A DNA stretch of 64,000 nt, taken from a bacterium. GTDB lineage: Bacteria; UBA8248. Positions 45,850 to 54,753 of the stretch are shown in pieces. The stretch covers positions 1,056,001 through 1,120,000 of the forward strand of contig OZ244799.1 in NCBI GenBank assembly GCA_965219955.1, read 5' to 3'. The first letter of the stretch is position 1; each line of letters starts with the position of its first letter. The translations under genes and the position numbers were made by a program. The notes under the pieces were generated by a model. That model made no database searches. It was not told the origin of the DNA and was given only the letters and a program-made list of their open reading frames with translations.

Positions 45850-48828
45850 ATGCCTACTCGTCGCTCGGGTATCCGATCCGGACCATCCCCGGTTTCCCAA
45901 AGGACCAATGAGATCGTAGGTTTATCCTTGGTTGGTTTCGCTGTTTTCCTGGCGATTTCGCTTTGGAGTTTCGATTCTGGCGATCCGTCTTGGGGCGCTT
46001 ACGTCAATCAAAAGTGGCGCATTCGAAATTACGGCGGAGCCGTAGGCGCATATACGGCCGGCGCTATGGTTCAGGCGGTGGGCGCATTCTCGATTTTGAT
46101 GCCCATCGGATTCCTTATTTGGGGCGTAACCGCGTTTGCAGGTTTGCGCTCATGGCGGCCTGGTTGGCGTGAACTGGTTGGCTTGTTCTTTCTTTTGAGC
46201 GCATCGGGGTTATTTTTCAAAGCATTTGAAACCGATCCTCTTTTTGGGACGACGACATTAGCCGGTGGAATTGTCGGCTATAGTGTCGTGATGTTGCTGA
46301 ACGCATATTTGGGCAGTGCGGGCAGTTGGGTGTTGCTTGGCTCCGTGTTGCTTGCCTCGTTTGTCGGCATAACCGGTTTTTCATTCAAAAAAATGATTTC
46401 AGGACTGGCAATTGCGCATTGGTGGTTTTTTTCTCGCATTTTTATGGTTTTTAAAAAGGTATTGCTCGGGGCAGTAAGGGGCGTTGTATTCGCGACCCGA
46501 AAACTCTTTTCCACAGTTGTAGGCATTCCGTCACCTCTACCTGAAGAAGGGTCCTGTACTGAATATGCCGAAACGATAGCTGGCACTGAAGACGCAGCGC
46601 ATGGATATTTTGAGCAAGACAGCTTGAGCGGCGAGGAACCGAGGCTGAACCACTCGAAAAAAGATGCCGACAAATTAATTTTGGAACCGAATAGCTCCTA
46701 CTTGTCAAACCAAAAGAATGGCAGGCTTGTTCTTCGGCCATCGGCGCAAAACGGCCCTTCGCTGTTTGGAGGAGAGAAATTTCCGGGCCCGGACTTGCCT
46801 GCGCTGCGCGGTCCGGCGGCCAGCGATGAGGAAATCGAACCCGTAAAAACCCCCAAGGGTCTTTATGATGAAGCAATGCCCGGCTCGGTGTTAGAAACGC
46901 TTCTTGAGAATGATGATGACGAGCTGCGATTGGCCAACGATGGAACGCGCGACGACTTGCCGCTGAGTGTGGTGGACGAACTGTCACCAAAGGCGAGTGA
47001 AGAAATCGATGATGAAGCAAAGAAGGTGAAAGCAGAGAGAAAATCTGTGACCGGCGGACTGCGGATTAAGCTGAAGAAAAATCTTGCTGGCAATAGCGAT
47101 ATGTTGCCAGCGTCGCAGGAGGAGGCTCCTGTTCCTGGGAGATCACCTGACGAGCTTCCCGAATTCCCTTCGACTCATGTTGAAGATTCAACAAGAAGTA
47201 GAGAATCGGAAGAGCATTTGAAAGTTCGACACGCGGGAACTAGTGGCGAGTCGGACGCTGTTCAGATCCAAGACAATTCTCTGGTCCACTCCGGTGCGCA
47301 AACAGAAAATCGGCACAAGGAGCAAAGAGGCTCTTTACCTAAGAAAGAATATGTTCTTCCTTCTTTGGATATTTTCGCAACCCCTCCCTCTGGCGGACTT
47401 ATAGTAGACGAAGCAAGCATACGCGAAAAATCCTTGCTTCTTGAACAAACGCTGAAAGAATTTGGTGTCGTCGGAACAGTCAAGGAAGTAAAGACAGGAC
47501 CTGTCATTACTAGTTTCGAGTATGACCCGGCCCCGGGAATCAAGGTTTCCAAGATTACCGGCCTGGCAGACGACCTGGCCCGAGCGCTATCCGCGTTAAG
47601 TGTCCGCATTGTCGCCCCGATACCCGGAAAATCGGTTGTAGGCATCGAGGTTCCCAACATCAAGCGTGACGCCGTATTTGCAAAAGAAGTGCTCTCTTCA
47701 AGGGAATTCATGCAGGCCGAAGATAAACTTACGATGGGTCTAGGCAAGGATATTCTAGGGAGAACGGCATTTACGGATTTGGCCAAAATTCCGCATCTGT
47801 TGATTGCGGGCACGACCGGCGCAGGAAAAAGTGTTGCCTTGAACATGATGATTTGTAGTCTCCTGACCAGGTGTACGCCAAGAGAGGTTCGTTTTTTAAT
47901 GATCGACCCCAAAATGCTGGAACTGTCGATATATGAAGGCATTCCTCATCAACTCGTGCCTGTTGTGACTGAACCCAAGAAAGCCTCGGCGGGCTTAAGG
48001 GGTGTCCTGGTGGAAATGGAAAGACGCTATCAGATAATGAGCGAGGCAGGGGTGCGGAACATCCAGGGCTACAATGCTTCCGTAGCGCGGCAAGTGGGTG
48101 ATCGTGAGGCGAATAGAAGATGGAAACAACCTCTGGCCGAAGAGGATACGTCCCTTGATTTCCTTCCTTATATTGTGGTGGTGATTGACGAATTGGCTGA
48201 TCTCATGATGGTCGCGCCACGTGAGGTGGAAGAGTCAATGACGCGCCTGGCCCAGATGGCTCGAGCATCTGGAATCCATTTATTGGTGGCGACCCAGCGT
48301 CCATCAGTGGATGTTCTCACGGGTCTCATCAAAGCGAATTTCCCGTCAAGGATGGCACTCCGCGTTGCTACTCGGACGGACTCGCGGACAATCTTGGACT
48401 CGAATGGGGCGGAACGCTTATTAGGAAAAGGGGATATGCTATTTGTGCCACCCGGTTCTAGCACTCCTGTTCGCATTCATGGAGCGTATGTTTCAGATAG
48501 CGAGATTTCTCAACTCGTTGCGCACTGGAAATCCCAAGGAGAAGCGGTATTCAGGGAGGATTGGTTTGTAGAGGAGGAAAACGCCTCTCAGAATGAACCA
48601 AATAGCGATGACGAGTACGATGAAAGGTATGATGATGCGATTGCGCTCGTCTCCAGGACGCGCGAGGCATCCATTTCTCTCATCCAGAGACATTTGAGGA
48701 TTGGGTACAATAGGGCAGCACGCATGATTGAGCGTATGGAGCAAGAGGGAGTCATCGGCCCGGCGGATGGTGTGAAGAGAAGACAAGTTTTAGTCAGTGA
48801 GATTCCAGACGAAGAACCAGTAGAGTAG
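45850..48828 (+). CDS. ftsK: DNA translocase FtsK
   Basis: 4TM N-domain; PHLLIAGTTGAGKS, IDELADLM, ATQRPS and gamma domain IQRHLRIGYNRAAR. Confidence 0.96.
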   Translation: MPTRRSGIRSGPSPVSQRTNEIVGLSLVGFAVFLAISLWSFDSGDPSWGAYVNQKWRIRNYGGAVGAYTAGAMVQAVGAFSILMPIGFLIWGVTAFAGLRSWRPGWRELVGLFFLLSASGLFFKAFETDPLFGTTTLAGGIVGYSVVMLLNAYLGSAGSWVLLGSVLLASFVGITGFSFKKMISGLAIAHWWFFSRIFMVFKKVLLGAVRGVVFATRKLFSTVVGIPSPLPEEGSCTEYAETIAGTEDAAHGYFEQDSLSGEEPRLNHSKKDADKLILEPNSSYLSNQKNGRLVLRPSAQNGPSLFGGEKFPGPDLPALRGPAASDEEIEPVKTPKGLYDEAMPGSVLETLLENDDDELRLANDGTRDDLPLSVVDELSPKASEEIDDEAKKVKAERKSVTGGLRIKLKKNLAGNSDMLPASQEEAPVPGRSPDELPEFPSTHVEDSTRSRESEEHLKVRHAGTSGESDAVQIQDNSLVHSGAQTENRHKEQRGSLPKKEYVLPSLDIFATPPSGGLIVDEASIREKSLLLEQTLKEFGVVGTVKEVKTGPVITSFEYDPAPGIKVSKITGLADDLARALSALSVRIVAPIPGKSVVGIEVPNIKRDAVFAKEVLSSREFMQAEDKLTMGLGKDILGRTAFTDLAKIPHLLIAGTTGAGKSVALNMMICSLLTRCTPREVRFLMIDPKMLELSIYEGIPHQLVPVVTEPKKASAGLRGVLVEMERRYQIMSEAGVRNIQGYNASVARQVGDREANRRWKQPLAEEDTSLDFLPYIVVVIDELADLMMVAPREVEESMTRLAQMARASGIHLLVATQRPSVDVLTGLIKANFPSRMALRVATRTDSRTILDSNGAERLLGKGDMLFVPPGSSTPVRIHGAYVSDSEISQLVAHWKSQGEAVFREDWFVEEENASQNEPNSDDEYDERYDDAIALVSRTREASISLIQRHLRIGYNRAARMIERMEQEGVIGPADGVKRRQVLVSEIPDEEPVE

Positions 48829-49054
48829 AGTCGTCTGAAAATTTTGGTGTTCCTCCTTTTGGTCATTGTCTTATCGAAAATCCGGATATCTAGTTGGAAA
48901 AGTGGAGTTGACGCCTTTTGGCCAATAGGGAATGATGCTCCAGGTTTCGTTGGTCGAAACGGCGCCATATCCAATTGCGGTTAAGACTTTTGACACGTTT
49001 TAGACACGAATCGTTTTTTCCAGCCCGATGGATTCTGCTCCCGGAGGACATGTA

Positions 49055-49381
49055 ATGGCGGAAGGTGTTATCGAGTTTACGGACCAGAACTTCGAGACGG
49101 ATGTTATCGGCTCAGATACGCCCACATTAGTTGATTTCTGGGCAGAATGGTGCGCTCCTTGCAAAATGATTGCGCCCACGGTTGAGGCACTTGCCCAGGA
49201 ATACGCAGGGAAGGTGCGAGTCGGAAAGTTGAATATAGATGAGAATCCATCAGTTCCGACGAAATTCGGGATTCGTGGTATCCCAACATTGATGTTGTTT
49301 AAGGGGGGCGAGGTTGTGGAGCAGGTCGTGGGAGTGAAATCCAAGGCCGATTTGAAAGCCGCCATTGACCGTGCCCTTTAG
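49055..49381 (+). CDS. trxA: Thioredoxin
   Basis: DFWAEWCAPCK and GIPTL motifs. Confidence 0.95.
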   Translation: MAEGVIEFTDQNFETDVIGSDTPTLVDFWAEWCAPCKMIAPTVEALAQEYAGKVRVGKLNIDENPSVPTKFGIRGIPTLMLFKGGEVVEQVVGVKSKADLKAAIDRAL

Positions 49382-49424
49382 GCCTCAAATCTATAGCTCA
49401 CCAACACTTTAGGAAACCCTCCAC

Positions 49425-50207
49425 TTGTCTTGGTTGCGTCCAGGTTTTCTGAGTTTATCTGGTCATAGAATCGCTTATTGCGAAGCAGGTCCCCAGGCAT
49501 TAAGTAGCGTCGCAGTGTGCATTCATGGAGCGGGAGGGAATCGAGATAGCTGGATTCCCTTGGTGCGCAATCTGGCGGAACAGGGCGTGAGCAGTTTGGT
49601 TCTGGAATTGCCCGGTCATGGTGAGTCTGGTCTAGCCCAAATCTCGGATGTAAAAGAATATAGTCGATTTGTTGTTCAATTCTTAGAAGCCAAGAAATTG
49701 AAATCAGTTTATCTAGCTGGCCATTCAATGGGGGGTGCCGTAACTCTTGCCACCGTTATGTCTCATCCTGAGTTATTGAAAGGTGTCATTCTCATTGGCT
49801 CAGGCGCAAGGCTTAGAGTGAAAGATTCCATTTTAGAAGGTGCAAAAAGCGATTTTGTAAAGACTGTGGATGAAATTATCAGTTATGCTTTTTCCCCGGC
49901 AACGGCTACATCCCTAATCCGAGAGAGCACCAGGGGTTTATTGCGATGCAATGCGGATACCCTGCACCATGATTTTATTGCATGCGATCGATTTGATGTC
50001 CTTTCCGAATTGGAATCTATATCTACGCCCGCCTTGATCCTATGTGGAGAAGACGACCTTTTAACTCCCCCAAAGTATTCACAGTTTATGTCCGAGAAGA
50101 TTCCAAATGCGAAATTATCCATTATCCCACAATCTGGTCACATGGTGATGCTAGAGCAACCGGAGGTGGTCGGGGGTTTGATCACGCAGTTCATGAATGA
50201 TTCTTAG
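49425..50207 (+). CDS. Alpha/beta hydrolase
   Basis: HGAGG, GHSMGG, GEDD and GHM motifs. Confidence 0.9.
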   Translation: MSWLRPGFLSLSGHRIAYCEAGPQALSSVAVCIHGAGGNRDSWIPLVRNLAEQGVSSLVLELPGHGESGLAQISDVKEYSRFVVQFLEAKKLKSVYLAGHSMGGAVTLATVMSHPELLKGVILIGSGARLRVKDSILEGAKSDFVKTVDEIISYAFSPATATSLIRESTRGLLRCNADTLHHDFIACDRFDVLSELESISTPALILCGEDDLLTPPKYSQFMSEKIPNAKLSIIPQSGHMVMLEQPEVVGGLITQFMNDS

Positions 50208-50258
50208 GAATCTTCCAGGTCCAAAGAATCACTGCATCTCCTTCTGGTATTGAGAAGC

Positions 50259-51119
50259 ATGAAATTTCCCGTGTACTTCTATTTGTTTGTAGGGGTCATT
50301 GCACTTGGCTGCTCCGCCATACTCATACGGTTGGCGGATGTCGAACCTTTGGCGATAGCTGCATATCGTATGGGCGGCGGCGCTTTATTGCTGCTGCCGT
50401 TTACAAGCAAGAACGTCATGTATATATGGGGTGCCTTGTCGCTCAAAGAGAAGATAATTTGGGCGGGTTCCGGTATATTCTTGGCGTTTCATTTTGCGTT
50501 TTGGATAGAGTCGCTGTCGCATACGTCCGTAGCAAGTTCCGTCGTGCTTGCGACGACCAACCCCATATTCGCGGGCATTGGCGGAATCGTTCTACTGGGA
50601 GAAAGGGAAGGGCGAAATTTTTGGCTGGGTGTGGTGTTGGCTATCGGTGGCAGTGCAATTTTAGCTTACTCTGACTTTGTGGGATGGGAAGGCAGCTTCT
50701 GGGGAAATTTTCTTGCCTTATCTGCGGCTGTAATGGCTTCTGCCTACATGTTATGTGGCCGAAAGCTGAGAATGAAAATTCCTGTTGGGGCATATGTGAC
50801 GGGGTGCTATGGATTCAGTGGGATTTTACTTTTCGGCGCAGCTTTAATTCTGGAACAGCCTCTCGGCGGATATTCTTATAATTCTTGGCTGCTTTTAGCC
50901 GCTATGATACTCGTCCCGACATTGGTCGGCCATACCTCCATAAATTATGCGTTAGGGCATTTGCACCCGGGTAAAGTGGCGCTTGCCGTTGTAGGAGAGC
51001 CATTAGTGGCTACGGGATTGGCTTGGTGGCTGCTTCAGGAAGTCCCTACGTCCAGTCGACTCTTCGCATGCTCTGTCATATTGATGGGTATCGTATTGGG
51101 GGGAAGAGCAAATCGTTAG
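50259..51119 (+). CDS. DMT/EamA-family transporter
   Basis: HFAFWIESL.HTSVAS, PTLVGH and GEP motifs; about 10 TM segments. Confidence 0.9.
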   Translation: MKFPVYFYLFVGVIALGCSAILIRLADVEPLAIAAYRMGGGALLLLPFTSKNVMYIWGALSLKEKIIWAGSGIFLAFHFAFWIESLSHTSVASSVVLATTNPIFAGIGGIVLLGEREGRNFWLGVVLAIGGSAILAYSDFVGWEGSFWGNFLALSAAVMASAYMLCGRKLRMKIPVGAYVTGCYGFSGILLFGAALILEQPLGGYSYNSWLLLAAMILVPTLVGHTSINYALGHLHPGKVALAVVGEPLVATGLAWWLLQEVPTSSRLFACSVILMGIVLGGRANR

Positions 51120-51313
51120 CATTTCCCTGTCTTTCCGTACGTCTTGAATGCCTTTTCAAGTAGTGGAATATGATATATGGGTCATGAGGGATTTAGAAGT
51201 ATGAGTACATATTGAGATGTCCTCTTTGAGGGGGATATGCACCTTTAATTCATGATGTGAAAGCGGGGTTCTATTTCACATCTTGTACTGAAGAGCCCTG
51301 GGGGCGACAAATA

Positions 51314-51859
51314 ATGACTTCGAGCGTCAGATTATGTGTGCTGTCTGATACACATGGTCGTCTTACGAAAGACGTGCTCGAGTTTTGTCAGAATGCAGAC
51401 CATATCCTTCATGCCGGTGATGTGGGTTCCAATGTTATCTTGCCGGAACTCCAGAGCATTGCACCTGTCAGTTGTGTTTTGGGAAACGTAGATGCGCCCG
51501 GCCTGGCGCCCATGCGCTCAAAGGCCGTTATAGCAGGCTGGCGGATTATGGTTCAGCATATCGTCTGGGACAGGGGAGGACCATCTCGGGAATTGCAGAT
51601 GTTTCTTCAAGATGAGACGATGGATTTGGTGGTTTTCGGTCATACGCATCAACCGCTTTGCCGAAGGATAGGCAAGACCGTATTTTTTAATCCCGGCAGT
51701 TGCGGGCCGAAGCGATTCAGTCTCCCGAGAGCTATCGGCGAGGTCATTTTGGATGCTTCGGGAGGTTGGTTTCGAATCTCTGACCTCATGCATATCCAAA
51801 ATGCGCCGCCCATCATTGAATTGCGATTTGAGCGCCCCCGCGTTTCGGATGAAGGTTGA
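51314..51859 (+). CDS. Metallophosphoesterase (YfcE-like)
   Basis: SDTH, HAGD, GNVD, GHTH and NPGS motifs. Confidence 0.9.
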   Translation: MTSSVRLCVLSDTHGRLTKDVLEFCQNADHILHAGDVGSNVILPELQSIAPVSCVLGNVDAPGLAPMRSKAVIAGWRIMVQHIVWDRGGPSRELQMFLQDETMDLVVFGHTHQPLCRRIGKTVFFNPGSCGPKRFSLPRAIGEVILDASGGWFRISDLMHIQNAPPIIELRFERPRVSDEG

Positions 51860-51959
51860 TTTACATTTTTATTGCATATGAATTGAGAGTAGGGCTATAG
51901 TGCGAAAGCGTAAATGTGGTGATAGCCAACATTTTACATTTCGCTGAGGAGGAGTGTAA

Positions 51960-53678
51960 TTGAGAGTCAAACTGGCTAAAACGGCTGGTTTTTGCTGGGG
52001 AGTGGAAAGAGCGCTTGATATAGCCTTGGACACGGTTAACGATGCATCCAGCGAAGTTTTGACGCATGGGCCGCTAATTCATAACCCGCAAACGGTGGAA
52101 TTGCTGGAGGATAAAAGTGTTTTTGTATCTGATCCTCAGGAGACGCCGAGTAGTACGAGCTTGGTTGTCATTCGGGCGCATGGTATTTCTCCGCAGGTTC
52201 GCGATCGTTTAAGAAGTTCGGGAGCAGGCATTCGAGATGCAACATGCCCGCTGGTCGCCAAGGTTCACGGGGTCATTAGAAAACATTCCCGTATGGGCGC
52301 TTTCACGGTGATCATCGGTGAGGAAGGACATCCGGAGGTGGATGGTCACAAGGGCTACGCTGAGGCTGGCAGCCATCTGATAACCTGCATGGAAGATGTG
52401 GCCGAACTCCCGGAGATTGGTGAACGCCCCGCCGTGGTGGTCGCACAGACGACAATCAATATGCGGGAATGGAAAGATGTCGAAGAAGCTATTTTGAGGA
52501 AATACCCCCAGGCCCAGATGTTTAATACGATATGTGATGCAACTGAGGTTCGCCAGGAAGAGGTAAAGAAACTAGCACCTGATGTTGACCTGATGGTCGT
52601 TGTAGGCGGTCGCAACAGCGGCAATACGAATCGCTTGGTAGAAGTGGCGAAAGAGGGGGGAGCGGATTCGATTCTCATTGAAACTGAAGATGAGATAAAT
52701 GAGGAATTTTTACAACAATACAAGAATATCGCTGTTACAGCGGGTGCATCTACACCGGATTGGATGATTAGGCGTGTTGTGAATCGAATAGAGGCGATTC
52801 CAGATCCGAATCCAAATTTCGTTGACAAGATATTTGATGTCGTCAAGGTGCTGTCGAGAGCAAATGTTCTTCTTTTTCTGTCTGCGCTATTGGGTAGTAT
52901 CGCCATTACGGTCTTAGGTGGTTTCCCCTTTTCGATGAAACTTCCCATAACTGCAGGTCTTTTTCTTTTCGCTGCTCATACGATAAATCGTTGTGTTAGT
53001 TATGAAGCAGATAGGTACAATGAGCCTAATCGAGCTCAGTTTTATGAAAGGCACAAGACCACATTATTATCCTTGGCTGTAGTTGCTGCTTTTATATCGA
53101 TCCTGTTCGGTGTCAGTGTCTCCTATTTGACCGGGGGCATTATGATCGTTGGATTGATTTGGGCTATTTTCTGCAGCCTTAAGCTCGAATCTCGGGCCCT
53201 CGTTAGTAGGGTAATGAATTTCCCGACCTTGAAAATTTTGGTTCTTGCAACGGGATGGACCTTTGGCATGGCATTTTTGCCTGCATTGGCGAATTCACAG
53301 TTGATTTCCGCTGGTTGGGGAGTATCTATATTCGTCGCCTTCGGTTTGATTTTCTTCAAGACTGGCTTGATGGAATTGAGAGATATTCAGGGCGACCGAA
53401 TCGTGGGCAAAAGAACCTTGCCGATTGTTCTGGGAAAAGAGCAGACAGAAGCACTTTTAGGGGTGATTTGTGCTGCATTGGCTGTAGTTCTTGTTAGTGC
53501 TTCTATCAATGGGTGGGTGGCCCCATTGTTTGGTTATGCGATGCTCATTCCGGTTATTTATGCAGGTGCATGTCTATACTGGTATACAAAAAAGATATTG
53601 GGGCATAGTGGACTCATGGAAGCAGCCACCGATCAAATATTTATAATTGCTGGTGTTTTAGTCTTGTTGGTAGTCTAG
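51960..53678 (+). CDS. ispH: HMBPP reductase IspH fused to a UbiA-like prenyltransferase domain
   Basis: GFCWGV, IHN, DATCP, HPEV, QTT, TICDAT and TAGASTP motifs; C-terminal TM domain with ELRDIQGDRIVGKRTLP. Confidence 0.92.
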   Translation: MRVKLAKTAGFCWGVERALDIALDTVNDASSEVLTHGPLIHNPQTVELLEDKSVFVSDPQETPSSTSLVVIRAHGISPQVRDRLRSSGAGIRDATCPLVAKVHGVIRKHSRMGAFTVIIGEEGHPEVDGHKGYAEAGSHLITCMEDVAELPEIGERPAVVVAQTTINMREWKDVEEAILRKYPQAQMFNTICDATEVRQEEVKKLAPDVDLMVVVGGRNSGNTNRLVEVAKEGGADSILIETEDEINEEFLQQYKNIAVTAGASTPDWMIRRVVNRIEAIPDPNPNFVDKIFDVVKVLSRANVLLFLSALLGSIAITVLGGFPFSMKLPITAGLFLFAAHTINRCVSYEADRYNEPNRAQFYERHKTTLLSLAVVAAFISILFGVSVSYLTGGIMIVGLIWAIFCSLKLESRALVSRVMNFPTLKILVLATGWTFGMAFLPALANSQLISAGWGVSIFVAFGLIFFKTGLMELRDIQGDRIVGKRTLPIVLGKEQTEALLGVICAALAVVLVSASINGWVAPLFGYAMLIPVIYAGACLYWYTKKILGHSGLMEAATDQIFIIAGVLVLLVV

Positions 53679-53685
53679 TTTTTAC

Positions 53686-53735
53686 CTCCCATTAAAAAAG
53701 CCGCGCTTCGTGATGCGCGGCTTTTTTAATGGGAG
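53686..53735. terminator. Bidirectional intrinsic terminator
   Basis: ctcccattaaaaaagccgcgc/gcgcggcttttttaatgggag stem. Confidence 0.88.
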
Positions 53736-53758
53736 CGAATGTAATAACGATCTTGGTT

Positions 53759-54079
53759 TTAGATTCCTCTCGCGGCTCGTTTTGAGGCCTTGAGAGGGTT
53801 CAGTTTTTTCTCTAGCGGCGCTTCAAAATCTAATTTAATGTGTGTCGCGAGAGGGCATCTGCCCCGCTCCCAGCGGTTTTCCGGATTAGGGAATTTTGCG
53901 CAATATTTTCCTTTTGGAAACTCTATGATGTGCTCGCATGCTTTCTCATCATCACCCGAAAGGCATTCCTCCACGACAGGGAAGCAGGAACTACCATTGT
54001 ACGAACATGTATTTTGGCCATTAGAGCCTTTCGATGCAAAATGACATTCTACAGGCGCTTCTAAAACCGTACACTCCAT
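53759..54079 (-). CDS. PxxKW-family cysteine-rich small protein
   Basis: YC...PNPENRW...CPLATH...KKLNPLKASKR. Confidence 0.75.
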   Translation of the reverse strand: MECTVLEAPVECHFASKGSNGQNTCSYNGSSCFPVVEECLSGDDEKACEHIIEFPKGKYCAKFPNPENRWERGRCPLATHIKLDFEAPLEKKLNPLKASKRAARGI

Positions 54080-54322
54080 TGCGAATTCCCCCACGAAATT
54101 GGATGCAACGCCTTGAAATCACACAAAACTAGAAAGATGCCGCAAAAAGTGTAAGGAAAAGCTGTATATCGTGCAACCTGGAGACATTGCGATGGTGGAA
54201 AATCCTTGAAATTAGCCAATCATCTGTAATCGTTGATTCTTTCCATGTAACACCACGGAAACATAGTTGATGTAGATACGTCATTGCAGACTGTAAGGGT
54301 GATTATTCATAGGTTTTATTGA

Positions 54323-54350
54323 TTGACGGCCAACTGCTGCGTGTTATAGT
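54323..54350 (+). promoter_or_regulatory. Sigma70 promoter of glnB
   Basis: TTGACG-16 nt-TATAGT with an extended TG. Confidence 0.55.
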
Positions 54351-54384
54351 CGATGGAAACCATCCCATTGGACCTTTCACTTGA

Positions 54385-54741
<357 letters not shown>

Positions 54742-54753
54742 CTACATCTTCCC

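Noticed and set aside
46500-47340. Long low-complexity insert in FtsK
   Set aside because: A variable disordered linker is a normal FtsK feature
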